Source of the DNA: Arcobacteraceae bacterium
GTDB lineage: Bacteria > Campylobacterota > Campylobacteria > Campylobacterales > Arcobacteraceae
NCBI GenBank assembly: GCA_963662945.1
Contig: OY759974.1
Location: 1,472,001-1,536,000, forward strand
DNA: 64,000 nt
Direction of reading: 5' to 3'
The notes beneath the pieces are model-generated. The model made no database searches and was not told the origin of the DNA. It saw only the letters and a program-made list of their open reading frames with translations. Below, piece after piece: positions 31,150-40,991 of the stretch (the first letter of the stretch is position 1; each line of letters starts with the position of its first letter). Position numbers and translations under genes: made by a program.

Positions 31150-32258
31150 TTATAAAATTTTAAATTTGCATTGCTTAACACGGCAACACCTTCTGCTCTT
31201 CCTACAAAGCCCATTTTCTCACCTCTTGTTGCTTTTATATTTATTTTTTGTTTTGAGATACCAAGAATTGATGAAAGTAAACTTCTCATACTATCTTTGT
31301 GTGGATTGATTTTTGGTTTTTCTGCTAAGATGGTTAAATCTATATTAACAATTTCATATCCAACATTGTAAACAAAAGTTACAATTTCTTTGAGTAATTC
31401 TTTTGAATCAGCACCTTTGTATACAGGGTCAGTATCTGGAAAAAATTCTCCAATATCTCCAGCTCCTATTGCACCTAACAATGCATCAATAATACTATGA
31501 ATTACTACATCACCATCACTATGTGCTTTAAAACCAACTTCTGATTCAATTTGGATACCACCTAAAACCATTGGTTTATTATTTTCAAATTGATGAACAT
31601 CAATACCACTTCCTATAAAAAAATCATTTGATGGTTCTTTTAAACAAGTTATCTCTTGTAATTCTTTTCCAAAAGTGAGTTTTGTAGATTCATTTGAACC
31701 TTGTATATAATAAACAGATTGATTTATATTTTTTATAGCACTGCTTTCATCCGTAAATTCAATCGAAGTATCTAGTGCTTGTTTCAAAATTTCTGTATTT
31801 GAGAGTTGTGGAGTTTGTATTAGTTTTACATCTTCTCGATTGATAGTTTCATTTTTATAAATAACAGTATCTGAAACATTTAATACAGGAACTATACAAG
31901 TTGCTTTTGTTTTAGATGCTACAAGCTCTTCAATAACAGTTTGTGGTATACAACATCTTGCAACATCAGTTATCATAACATAAGAAGATGTTACTTTTTG
32001 CAAAGCATTTTTAATAGATTGTTGTCTAGTGCTACCACCTGCAACAAAATCATAGTTATCTGAAAAGTTTTTCATATAACTTAACTCATTTTGATGAGAA
32101 ACTATAATGATTTTATCAAAATTATGGAATGATGATATTCTTTTTGTTACGTATAACCACAAAGGTTCATCTTCTATTCGTAACCATTGTTTTTTGGCTT
32201 TTAATTCGAATCTAAATGAATTGCCTGCGCATAGTACTACTAAAGTTGTCTCGTTCAA
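31134..32258 (-). CDS. ispDF: Bifunctional IspD/IspF
   Basis: AGNS.RF, TRQQS, IQTPQ; GIDVHQF, HSDGDVVIHSIIDALLGA, GDIGEFFP. Confidence 0.95.
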   Translation of the reverse strand: MNETTLVVLCAGNSFRFELKAKKQWLRIEDEPLWLYVTKRISSFHNFDKIIIVSHQNELSYMKNFSDNYDFVAGGSTRQQSIKNALQKVTSSYVMITDVARCCIPQTVIEELVASKTKATCIVPVLNVSDTVIYKNETINREDVKLIQTPQLSNTEILKQALDTSIEFTDESSAIKNINQSVYYIQGSNESTKLTFGKELQEITCLKEPSNDFFIGSGIDVHQFENNKPMVLGGIQIESEVGFKAHSDGDVVIHSIIDALLGAIGAGDIGEFFPDTDPVYKGADSKELLKEIVTFVYNVGYEIVNIDLTILAEKPKINPHKDSMRSLLSSILGISKQKINIKATRGEKMGFVGRAEGVAVLSNANLKFYNWKTK

Positions 32259-32380
32259 AATGACCTCTTATTTATATAATGTGTAAAAAAGTTACGAATT
32301 ATATATAATTCTCACTTAATATGTTATTAGTTAAATTTCAGATAATATTATGTGATAAAAATACGTAGAAAAGGGTTCAT

Positions 32381-33271
32381 TTGCCATTTATTTTAAAAGA
32401 ATTTCCAGCAGTACCTGGAAAAAAGATTCAACAATTTTTAATTGATGATGTTGGGTTAAGTATTTCTAGTTCTCAAAAATTATTAGCTAAGTGTAGAGTA
32501 TTTGATCAAAATGATAAAGTTTTACAAAATGGTGAAAAATTAAAATGTGATTTTATTAAGATTGCCATGTTTGAAGGACAAACAAGAGGATTAAAGCCTA
32601 TCTTCAATACTAGAGAATTTGCAATATTTGATAAACCATCTGGAGTAATTGTTCATCCCACTTCAAGAAATACAGAGTATTCATTACTTGATGAGATACG
32701 ATTTCATTTTGGAGATAGTGCTAATTTAGCTCATCGAATTGATCAAGAGACTTCTGGTTTAGTTCTTATAACTAAAAGTAAGTATAGTGACATAATTTTA
32801 AAAGATATGTTTGAAAATAAACTTTATGAAAAAAAATACTTAGCTATAGTTGAGGGAAAAATAGATAAAAATATAACAATTGATAGTGGGATAAAAAAAG
32901 CAACAAATAGTAAAATAGGTGTAAAAATGGTAACAGCAGCTGATGGAAAAGAATCTATTACTCATATAATACCATTAGAATATAATAAAATAAAAAATCA
33001 AACTCTTGTTGAAGCAATACCAATTACTGGTAGACAACATCAAATACGAGTACATCTTGATTCTATAGGACATAAAATTGTTGGAGATCCAATATATGGA
33101 GTAGATGAAGATATTGCAGATAAATATCTCTTAAAACAATTAACGCAAGAAGAGAGACTTCTTCATATAAAAGATGAAAGATTGCGGTTGCAGGCAAATT
33201 TTTTAAAATTTCAGTTTGACAATAATACATATGAAATTTATTCAAAGCTTAAGTTTAAAGTAGTAAAATGA
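32381..33271 (+). CDS. RluA-family pseudouridine synthase
   Basis: DKPSG, HRIDQETSG, TGRQHQIRVH, VGDPIYG. Confidence 0.93.
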   Translation: MPFILKEFPAVPGKKIQQFLIDDVGLSISSSQKLLAKCRVFDQNDKVLQNGEKLKCDFIKIAMFEGQTRGLKPIFNTREFAIFDKPSGVIVHPTSRNTEYSLLDEIRFHFGDSANLAHRIDQETSGLVLITKSKYSDIILKDMFENKLYEKKYLAIVEGKIDKNITIDSGIKKATNSKIGVKMVTAADGKESITHIIPLEYNKIKNQTLVEAIPITGRQHQIRVHLDSIGHKIVGDPIYGVDEDIADKYLLKQLTQEERLLHIKDERLRLQANFLKFQFDNNTYEIYSKLKFKVVK

Positions 33272-33275
33272 TAAC

Positions 33276-34244
33276 ATGAAGAATGAAATGTTAAATCTTA
33301 TTGAGTTAGCTATACAAGATAAAGAGAAGCTAAAGTCTTTAGAGAATATTTACTCATTATATGACCAATTACAATACAGCGAAAACATACAAGAAATGGC
33401 ATCAAGTTTATGTGATTGGTTAAGAGAAAAATATGAAGTTCAAAATATGAAATTTTCTCTATTTGATTTAGAAACAAATTTATCGACAGATGTTATTAAA
33501 AAGGGTGAAGAGTTCTTCTTAGATGGAGAATATTCTTTTTATTTTATTATAAATACTCATACAGATATGAATGCAATAGTGGCATTTAGTGCGACAAATG
33601 AAGAACATTTCAACAGTATAAATGATGACTATTCTTTTATAGAAGCAGCTTTTTTCCAAATATCACCTATTTTACAAAATGGAATTATGAAAAAACATCA
33701 TGTTGAAGCTTCCTCAATAGATAGCGTGACAAATGTTCATAATAGAAAATATCTTATAAAGCATATAAATAAGATAATATCTTTATCTCAAAATGATGAA
33801 AAAGATATTGCTTTTTTGATGATAGGTATTGATAGATTTAAAGCAGTAATTGAAGAATTTGATTATGATATTGGAGATAAAGTACTTATAGAGTTAGCCA
33901 AAGTTATTCATAGTCATATAAAAGATTTTGATATTGTTGCTAGATTAACAGGGGATGAGTTTTTAGTTGCGTTGGTGAATCCAAACTCTATTTCTCTTGT
34001 TGAAAATACTGCAAAAAAAATTATTGAAGATTTTGCTAAAGTTGAAGTAACTGTCAATCAAGAAACAGGACAAACATTAAGAAAAACAGTTTGTATTGGT
34101 ATTTCTCTTTTCCCTTATGATGGAACTGATATAACACAAGTCTTAAAAAATGCAGATATATTTCTAAATGAAGCTAAAAATAAAGGACGTTCTCAATATG
34201 CTTTTTATAAAAAAGAAGAAGAGAGTAGCATAGATTTATTTTAA
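33276..34244 (+). CDS. GGDEF-domain protein with degenerate active site
   Basis: DSVTNVHNRK, GIDRFK, GDKVL, ARLTGDEF, AKNKGR. Confidence 0.88.
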   Translation: MKNEMLNLIELAIQDKEKLKSLENIYSLYDQLQYSENIQEMASSLCDWLREKYEVQNMKFSLFDLETNLSTDVIKKGEEFFLDGEYSFYFIINTHTDMNAIVAFSATNEEHFNSINDDYSFIEAAFFQISPILQNGIMKKHHVEASSIDSVTNVHNRKYLIKHINKIISLSQNDEKDIAFLMIGIDRFKAVIEEFDYDIGDKVLIELAKVIHSHIKDFDIVARLTGDEFLVALVNPNSISLVENTAKKIIEDFAKVEVTVNQETGQTLRKTVCIGISLFPYDGTDITQVLKNADIFLNEAKNKGRSQYAFYKKEEESSIDLF

Positions 34245-34261
34245 TTTTAGCTTAAGTTGTG

Positions 34262-34315
34262 TATAATTCGCAACTTTTATAAAGGGCGACAAAGACGCGA
34301 CCCTTTTGCTATAAT
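34262..34315 (+). promoter_or_regulatory. rpmE promoter (-10 TATAAT) and GC-rich leader hairpin
   Basis: TATAATTCGCAACTTT then AAAGGGCG...CGACCCTTT stem before the RBS. Confidence 0.5.
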
Positions 34316-34331
34316 AAAAAAAGGAAAGAAA

Positions 34332-34532
34332 ATGAAAAAAGATATTCACCCAGATTTCAAAGTATGTCAAGTAAGTTGTGCTTGTGGAAATGCATTTGAA
34401 ACAAAATCTAATGTTGAAACTTTAAGAATCGACGTTTGTGCTGCATGTCACCCATTTTTCACAGGTGAGCAAAAAATTGTTGATGCTGCTGGTAGAGTTG
34501 AAAAATTCAAAGCTAGATATGCAATGAAATAA
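34332..34532 (+). CDS. rpmE: 50S ribosomal protein L31
   Basis: [21 protein letters not shown]; true start ATG 34332 with AAGGA RBS. Confidence 0.97.
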   Translation: MKKDIHPDFKVCQVSCACGNAFETKSNVETLRIDVCAACHPFFTGEQKIVDAAGRVEKFKARYAMK

Positions 34533-35347
34533 TGTTGACATTTGTTCCAACTCCTATAGGGAACTTAGGAGATATATCTTTTAGAACACTTGAAGTTCTA
34601 AAAGATGGGGAACTAATCTTGTGTGAAGACACAAGAATAACAAAAAAGCTTTTCTCTCTTATTAGTTCAAAATATGATATAACTTTTCCTAATTTTCAAT
34701 TTATTAGTCTTCATTCCCATAATGAAAAAGAGTTTTTAACTACTGAAAATATTGAAATACTTAAAACAAAAAACTGTATATATTTAAGTGATGCAGGGAT
34801 GCCTTGTGTTAGTGATCCTGGAAGTTACCTGGTTGATTTTTGTTTAAAAAATAACATTTCATATGATATTTTGCCTGGGGCTAATGCAATTTTAACAGCT
34901 TATGCAAGTAGTGGATTTTCTCATACTACATTTACTTTTTTTGGATTTTTACCACATAAAGGTTCCTCTCGTAGTGATATGTTAGACAAAGTGATGAATA
35001 GTGAGAATTTGGCTATTTTATATGAATCTCCACATAGATTATTAAAACTTTTAGAAGAGATTAATAATATTGATAAAAATAGAATAGTATTTTTAACAAA
35101 AGAATTAACAAAAAAATATCAAAAGAGATATAAAGATAGTATTGATAATATCTTTCATCAATTCAAAAATGAAACTATTAAAGGTGAATGGGTAGTAATT
35201 ATAGAACCAAAACAACAAGAGAATATTGGTATTATTACTTATAATGATATAGCAGAACTTTCTCTCGCTCCAAAACAAAAAGCAAAATTATTGTCTAAAT
35301 TAACAGGAGAAAGTGTAAAAGATATTTATAATAAGTTAATATCTTAA
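34532..35347 (+). CDS. rsmI: 16S rRNA C1402 2'-O-methyltransferase
   Basis: PTPIGNLGDIS, CEDTR, SDAGMPCVSDPG, YESPHR, ELTK. Confidence 0.95.
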   Translation: MLTFVPTPIGNLGDISFRTLEVLKDGELILCEDTRITKKLFSLISSKYDITFPNFQFISLHSHNEKEFLTTENIEILKTKNCIYLSDAGMPCVSDPGSYLVDFCLKNNISYDILPGANAILTAYASSGFSHTTFTFFGFLPHKGSSRSDMLDKVMNSENLAILYESPHRLLKLLEEINNIDKNRIVFLTKELTKKYQKRYKDSIDNIFHQFKNETIKGEWVVIIEPKQQENIGIITYNDIAELSLAPKQKAKLLSKLTGESVKDIYNKLIS

Positions 35348-35353
35348 AATACT

Positions 35354-35947
35354 ATGCAATTTGTTCAAGAAGAATTTAATGTAACTGTTGAGATTAAGAA
35401 ATCAAAGTTTATTGCATATCTATTTCCTTACGAAAAATTTGATGAAGTGATGGAAAAATTAAAAGTTGAACATCCTAAAGCAAGACATTTTGTTTATGCC
35501 TATAGATATTTGAATGAATTTGACCAAGTTGTTGAAAATAGTAGTGATGATGGAGAGCCAAAGGGTACAAGTGGGAAACCATCTCTAGCTGTGTTGACTG
35601 GGATGGAGATTATTAACAGTGGAGTTATAATTGTGCGTTACTTTGGTGGTATTAAGCTAGGTACAGGTGGATTAGTTCGTGCTTATGGTGATGCAGTTAA
35701 TGAAATATTGAAGTGTGCAAAACTATTTGAATATAAAAAACTTATTGAAAAAAAACTAAATTTTGAGTATAGTTACTTATCAAAAGTTGAGTATTTACTG
35801 AATAAATATGATATTATCACCACAAAAAAAATATTTGAATCAAATGTAATATTATATATTCAAGCTTCCCAAGAACAATTAGATAAGCTTGCAAATGAAT
35901 TAGATAGAAAATGTAAAATAGAGGAAATAGAATTTGAAAAAAAATGA
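35354..35947 (+). CDS. yigZ: IMPACT/YigZ family protein
   Basis: IKKSKFI, SDDGEPKGTSGKP, RYFGGIKLGTGGLVRAY. Confidence 0.93.
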   Translation: MQFVQEEFNVTVEIKKSKFIAYLFPYEKFDEVMEKLKVEHPKARHFVYAYRYLNEFDQVVENSSDDGEPKGTSGKPSLAVLTGMEIINSGVIIVRYFGGIKLGTGGLVRAYGDAVNEILKCAKLFEYKKLIEKKLNFEYSYLSKVEYLLNKYDIITTKKIFESNVILYIQASQEQLDKLANELDRKCKIEEIEFEKK

Positions 35948-36365
35948 TGTGCCACCATATGGGTGGATTTTAATTCTAATTAGTATTGTAAATATAATTT
36001 TTAGTACATATTTTATCTCTATTTTTTTAGCAGGGGTTGTTTTTAAAATATTTTTAGAATCTTTAAAAAAGCAATATTATTATATTCTTACTTTTTCAAT
36101 TGTAACTTTTTTAATCATTGAAGTTGTACAAGGATTTAAACTATTTTTATTAACTGCAATTGCACTTTTTTTATACTATTTTATTATTCCAAGGATTAAA
36201 CATACTTTTTCATCTTCAATAATGTCAGAATTTATTTATATTTTTTTATTTTATCTTCTAACATTTATTGTTACTATTTTTTATACGTTATTTAATATAA
36301 ACATGTTGTATATTTTTATATATAATTTTTTAATTGATATTATTATCGTAGGATTTATTATATGA
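35934..36365 (+). CDS. Polytopic membrane protein, possible MreD analogue
   Basis: ~5 hydrophobic segments, ATGA overlap with mrdA. Confidence 0.6.
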   Translation: MKKNDVPPYGWILILISIVNIIFSTYFISIFLAGVVFKIFLESLKKQYYYILTFSIVTFLIIEVVQGFKLFLLTAIALFLYYFIIPRIKHTFSSSIMSEFIYIFLFYLLTFIVTIFYTLFNINMLYIFIYNFLIDIIIVGFII

Positions 36366-38128
36366 GATTAAAATTAATTATAGGATTTATATTTGTAATT
36401 GTTGCTCTTTTATTAGGGAGAGTATATTACTTAAGTATTCAATCAAATGAATATTATGAAAAACTCTCTAAAAAAAATTATATTAAAAGATTTTATACTA
36501 CTTCTTCAAGAGGTTCTATTTTAGATAGAAATGGCAAATATTTAGCAATTAATAAAGTTGGATTTAGTATCAATGTAAAACCGCATCTTAGAAGTAATGA
36601 AAAATTTAAAGATGTAGAAGAAGTGGCAAATCTTATAGTGAAGTATTTTCCAAATTTTAAATACGAAGAACTACTTAAGAAGTATAAACAGTTAGACTCC
36701 CCATATAAACATAATTTGATTAAGTTAATTGATTATATTCCTTATGATGATTTCTTTAAATACTATACTATATTTAATTCAAATGATAATGTTGAAATAG
36801 AACTAGCAACTTTACGGAAATATCTTTATAAAGATGTTGCGGCACATATTTTAGGATATATGGGAAAAACAACCATCAAAGATATTGAAAATGATGAGGA
36901 TAGTAAGTATTTTGAACAAACTGGTAGAAGTGGAATAGAAAAATATTATGATAAAGTTTTACGTGGAGAGTTAGGGTATCAAGATGTTCAAGTAAATTCA
37001 TTATATAAAAAATTGAAGGTTTTAAATGAAGTTAAATCAACAAAAAGAGATATTCAACTTACAATAGATATTGAACTTCAAAAATATATTCATGAACTTT
37101 TTGGAAAACAAGCTGGTGCTGTTGTTGTTATGGATATTAACAATGGAGAACTTCTAGCCGCAGGAAGTTTCCCTGAATTTGATAATAATTTATTTGTTAA
37201 TGGGATTAGCCATGAAGATTGGAAAAAGATTCGGGAAGATTTTAATCATCCATTTACTAATAAATTAATAAATGGATTGTATCCACCTGGTTCAGTTATG
37301 AAAATGGGAGTTGCTATTGCTTTTTTAGAAAATGATATTCCTCCTAACTTTACAGTGTATTGTGATGGAGAGATGCAATTAGGTACAAGAAAATTTAGAT
37401 GTTGGAATGACAAAGGACATCATAGAACAGGTTTTGTAAAAGCTATTAGAGAAAGTTGTGATGATTTCTTTTATAAAGGAAGTTTAAAAATCGGTATAAA
37501 TAGTATTCATAAAACATTAGATAGATTTGGAATAGGGAAAAAAACGGGGGTAGATTTACCAGTAGAATTTGCAGGTATAAATCCAGATAAAAAATGGAAA
37601 AAAGATACACAAAAACTACCTTGGTATATGGGAGAAACATTAGTTGCTTCAATTGGACAAGGATTTATAAATGTAACACCAATGCAAATTGCAAGATATA
37701 CAGGGGCAATGGCAACTAATAAGTTACAAAGACCTCATTTATTACAAGATGAGAGTTTAATTGAGTCTGTTGATACAAATATCTCACAAAGAGATTTACG
37801 TATTGTACAAAGAGGAATGTATGAGGTTGCTAATAAACAATTTGGTACTGCTGTAAATTATATTAAATCTAAAGTTACTGTCGCTGCTAAAACGGGAACT
37901 GCACAGGTTGTTGGTATTCCTCAATCTGAGAAAAAAAGAATGAAAGAGCATGAGTTAGAATATTTTCAACGATCTCAAGCTTGGCTTACAACTTATGCCC
38001 CATATAAAAATCCTCAATATGTGGTTACTATATTAGTAGAGCATGGTGGACATGGTGGTAGTGCAGCTGGGCCAATGGCAGGAAAAATTTATGATAAACT
38101 TATTGAATTGGGATATATAAATGAATAA
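36362..38128 (+). CDS. mrdA: Penicillin-binding protein 2
   Basis: RGSILDRNG, YPPGSVMK (SxxK), SCD, KTGTAQV, EHGGHG. Confidence 0.94.
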   Translation: MRLKLIIGFIFVIVALLLGRVYYLSIQSNEYYEKLSKKNYIKRFYTTSSRGSILDRNGKYLAINKVGFSINVKPHLRSNEKFKDVEEVANLIVKYFPNFKYEELLKKYKQLDSPYKHNLIKLIDYIPYDDFFKYYTIFNSNDNVEIELATLRKYLYKDVAAHILGYMGKTTIKDIENDEDSKYFEQTGRSGIEKYYDKVLRGELGYQDVQVNSLYKKLKVLNEVKSTKRDIQLTIDIELQKYIHELFGKQAGAVVVMDINNGELLAAGSFPEFDNNLFVNGISHEDWKKIREDFNHPFTNKLINGLYPPGSVMKMGVAIAFLENDIPPNFTVYCDGEMQLGTRKFRCWNDKGHHRTGFVKAIRESCDDFFYKGSLKIGINSIHKTLDRFGIGKKTGVDLPVEFAGINPDKKWKKDTQKLPWYMGETLVASIGQGFINVTPMQIARYTGAMATNKLQRPHLLQDESLIESVDTNISQRDLRIVQRGMYEVANKQFGTAVNYIKSKVTVAAKTGTAQVVGIPQSEKKRMKEHELEYFQRSQAWLTTYAPYKNPQYVVTILVEHGGHGGSAAGPMAGKIYDKLIELGYINE

Positions 38129-39083
38129 GAACCAAACAGAGTTTCAAAATGTATATAAGTTAATTCATTCAAGTCATTATATTCTAATAGTCACTCATAT
38201 TAATCCAGATGCAGATACTTTGTCTTCAGCTTTAGCTTTAAGTAATTATATGTCTAGAAATAATATAAATCATAAGGTATATAATAGTTCACAACATTTA
38301 CCTAGAAATTTAGATTTTTTACCAAGATTTGATAAGATTGTAAATACATTACCTCATACTTATGATTTGGTTATATATGTTGATTGTGGTGACCAACAAC
38401 GAATTGGGACAGAACTTTTAAATTGTAAAACGATTAATATTGATCATCATCAATCTAATGATAATTATGGAGATATAAATATTGTTGATTTTCATAAAGG
38501 AAGTACGGCTGAAGTTATATATGAGTTTTTTATTCAGAATAATATTACAATAACAAAAGATATAGCTACTTGTTTATATATTGGGATATATGATGATAGT
38601 ATCGCTTTCACAACTCCTAGAACAGATCAAAAGACTTTTGAAGCCTTAAATACTATTGTTGGAACAGGTATTAATATTACAAAAATATCACAAAATTATT
38701 TGATGAGAGATTCTTTAGCTAAGTATAGATTAATGCCTCAAATTTTACAAACTTTGGATTTATATTGCGAAGGAAGAGTTGCATCTATATATCAAAAAGA
38801 AGAATGGTTAGAAACAACAGGAGCAAATTTTAATGAATGTGATGATGTTGTAAATGATATATTAAAGATATCAATAGTACAAATAGCTATTTATTTAAGA
38901 GAAGAGAAAAATTATATAAGAGTATCGTTAAGAGGAAAAGATGATGCAAAAATAAATCTCTCGAAAGTTGCAAGTAACTTTAGTGGTGGTGGCCATAAAA
39001 ATGCGGCAGGAGCCACATTAAAAGATGTAAGTATAGAAGAAGCTATCAAGAAGCTCTTAGAAGTTATTAAAAATTACATTTAG
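38121..39083 (+). CDS. DHH/DHHA1 phosphoesterase (NrnA-like)
   Basis: HINPDAD, VDCG, NIDHH, GGGHKNAAG. Confidence 0.9.
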   Translation: MNKNQTEFQNVYKLIHSSHYILIVTHINPDADTLSSALALSNYMSRNNINHKVYNSSQHLPRNLDFLPRFDKIVNTLPHTYDLVIYVDCGDQQRIGTELLNCKTINIDHHQSNDNYGDINIVDFHKGSTAEVIYEFFIQNNITITKDIATCLYIGIYDDSIAFTTPRTDQKTFEALNTIVGTGINITKISQNYLMRDSLAKYRLMPQILQTLDLYCEGRVASIYQKEEWLETTGANFNECDDVVNDILKISIVQIAIYLREEKNYIRVSLRGKDDAKINLSKVASNFSGGGHKNAAGATLKDVSIEEAIKKLLEVIKNYI

Positions 39084-40527
39084 TATCAAATTCTTGTTGT
39101 GTAATATTTGCTATTAATGTATCAATATTTTCAGTTGATTCTCTTATAAGTGAATTCATTTTTATTTGTAATTCTTCATTTTCAAAAGGACCTATAAAGA
39201 TTTGAGTTTTCCCATTATCATTATTACATATAGAAATTCTTGCTTGTTTTGAATTTGTTTTTAATACTAGTTCTTTAAATAATTTGTATTTAAGACTATT
39301 TACTAAAACAAATTTTAATTTACTATTTGATTCTATCATATTAATAATATTAGTTGTTTCCGTAGAATGTTGTATTTTATGCTCTTCTGGTATAGTTATA
39401 GTTTCATTACTTTGTTGCTCTTTTTTATCTTCTTTTGGTTCTTCTGTATGTATAGGAGTAGAAGGTTCTTTTTTTTCTTCAACTACAAGAGGTTCTTCTT
39501 TATTTTGTTTTGCAAATTCTATAAGTTCTTGTTCTTTTTTAAGTTGTATGATTCTTTGTTTCTCTTCTTGTGCTTGAGCTTCTAATTCTTCTTGTGTAAG
39601 TATTTGATATTTTGTTAATAATTCAAGTTTACTATTAAGCCTTTCAACATTTATATCACTCATTTTAAAGTCGATTTTTTTTGAAGGTTTATATTTGATT
39701 ACCTCAATATTATTTTTAATTTTTTCTGTAGTATTTATATCTTTTGGTTCTTTTATAGGTTCTGGATCAAACATACCCATCATATACATTATTACAGCTA
39801 TAATTAAAGTAAGAGTGATAAGACCACCAATGATAATAATAATCTTTTTTAATTTTTTTTCTTTTGAATCAGTTTCATTTTCTTGAATCTCTTCTTCATT
39901 TTCTTTTTTATCTTCTGTTGGTGTTGTTTCTGTTTCCAAAACTTCTTCAGAAATTTCTTCAGGAACTTCTTTTTTTACTTCTTCTGGATAAAATGTTTGA
40001 TTCATATTTGTAAGTTCAGTTATAAAACCAATAAAGTTTTCTTCAAATTGGGTAAAAATAACTATTTCTTTTTCATCAATATCTATTAAAAATCTATAAA
40101 TATTTTCAACTGATTCAAGTGAATTTCCATCAAAAATTTCTTTATGTTTTATATTGAATTTTGATTTATTACCAATATCTTCAAAACTACTAGCATTGAT
40201 AGTCGTGACAAGTCCACCACAAGTATTAGATATGAATTCAGCCATTGCATCAGCAGTATCATCATCAATTTTTGATGATATCTCACTATTTGGTGCCCCC
40301 ATCATAATATTAAATATTAAAGATGCACTTTGTGCTGGAACATAATATGAGAAAATAGATGTTAATTTATCAAAGGCAAATTCTACATCAATTTTTATAA
40401 GCTCACTATTTTCGAAATCTCTTTTGTCTACTTTTGTACATTCTTTTAATGACGTGTCTTTCGCTAACAAATCACTTAATGTATCAGACAAATTTTCTGG
40501 TATAATTTTTGATAAATCTGAAGCCAT
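39067..40527 (-). CDS. FliY-N/CheC-like domain + TM + coiled coil + SPOR-like C-terminus
   Basis: N-term aligns with FliY at 55222 (MASDLSKII/MASDISNII; IDDDTADAMAEFIS/IDDEITDAVKEIIS); TM IIIIIGGLITLTLIIAVIMYM; C-term QIFIGPFENEE. Confidence 0.7.
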   Translation of the reverse strand: MASDLSKIIPENLSDTLSDLLAKDTSLKECTKVDKRDFENSELIKIDVEFAFDKLTSIFSYYVPAQSASLIFNIMMGAPNSEISSKIDDDTADAMAEFISNTCGGLVTTINASSFEDIGNKSKFNIKHKEIFDGNSLESVENIYRFLIDIDEKEIVIFTQFEENFIGFITELTNMNQTFYPEEVKKEVPEEISEEVLETETTPTEDKKENEEEIQENETDSKEKKLKKIIIIIGGLITLTLIIAVIMYMMGMFDPEPIKEPKDINTTEKIKNNIEVIKYKPSKKIDFKMSDINVERLNSKLELLTKYQILTQEELEAQAQEEKQRIIQLKKEQELIEFAKQNKEEPLVVEEKKEPSTPIHTEEPKEDKKEQQSNETITIPEEHKIQHSTETTNIINMIESNSKLKFVLVNSLKYKLFKELVLKTNSKQARISICNNDNGKTQIFIGPFENEELQIKMNSLIRESTENIDTLIANITQQEFDTKCNF

Positions 40528-40964
40528 TATTTATTTTCCATTTTGTTTTTTAGTCTATTTTCTTTTTGTTGCTGTAATATTCTTTCTTTGTTCTTTTGGT
40601 AATATTCTTTTCTATATTCTCTCAGTTTTTCTTTTTGCTTGTCTCTGTACTCTTTATCGTATTCTAGTCTGGTTTCTTTATTCTGATTGTAATATTGTTG
40701 CTTTTTATTTTTGTATTCTTCAATTTTATTTTTTATTATCTCTTCTCTTGACTGTACATGAAGTTTTTGCTTTTTTGCAATCTCTTTTAACTTATCTGCA
40801 AAGTTCCCACCAAAAAGTTCAACTTCATAATCTATTGATTGAACTTTTTTTGCAACGGATGCCTGTTTTTTTTGCATTTTAGATTTTAAATAATAAGCTC
40901 TTTTTTTTCTCTTATGCTCTAAAAGCTTTTCTTCTCTAATTCTTTTTAATTCAGTTAAATCCAT
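40527..40964 (-). CDS. Highly charged K/E/Q/Y-rich helical hypothetical protein
   Basis: Between flgG and the FliY-like gene, TAATG coupling; YYxxNKE repeats. Confidence 0.7.
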   Translation of the reverse strand: MDLTELKRIREEKLLEHKRKKRAYYLKSKMQKKQASVAKKVQSIDYEVELFGGNFADKLKEIAKKQKLHVQSREEIIKNKIEEYKNKKQQYYNQNKETRLEYDKEYRDKQKEKLREYRKEYYQKNKERILQQQKENRLKNKMENK

Positions 40965-40991
40965 TGACTCTCACTAACCTAATTTTTTAGA

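Noticed and set aside
34257-34331. 25-aa N-terminal extension of L31 from the ORF track
   Set aside because: The upstream TTG overlaps the promoter; the canonical MKKDIHP start at 34332 has its own RBS.
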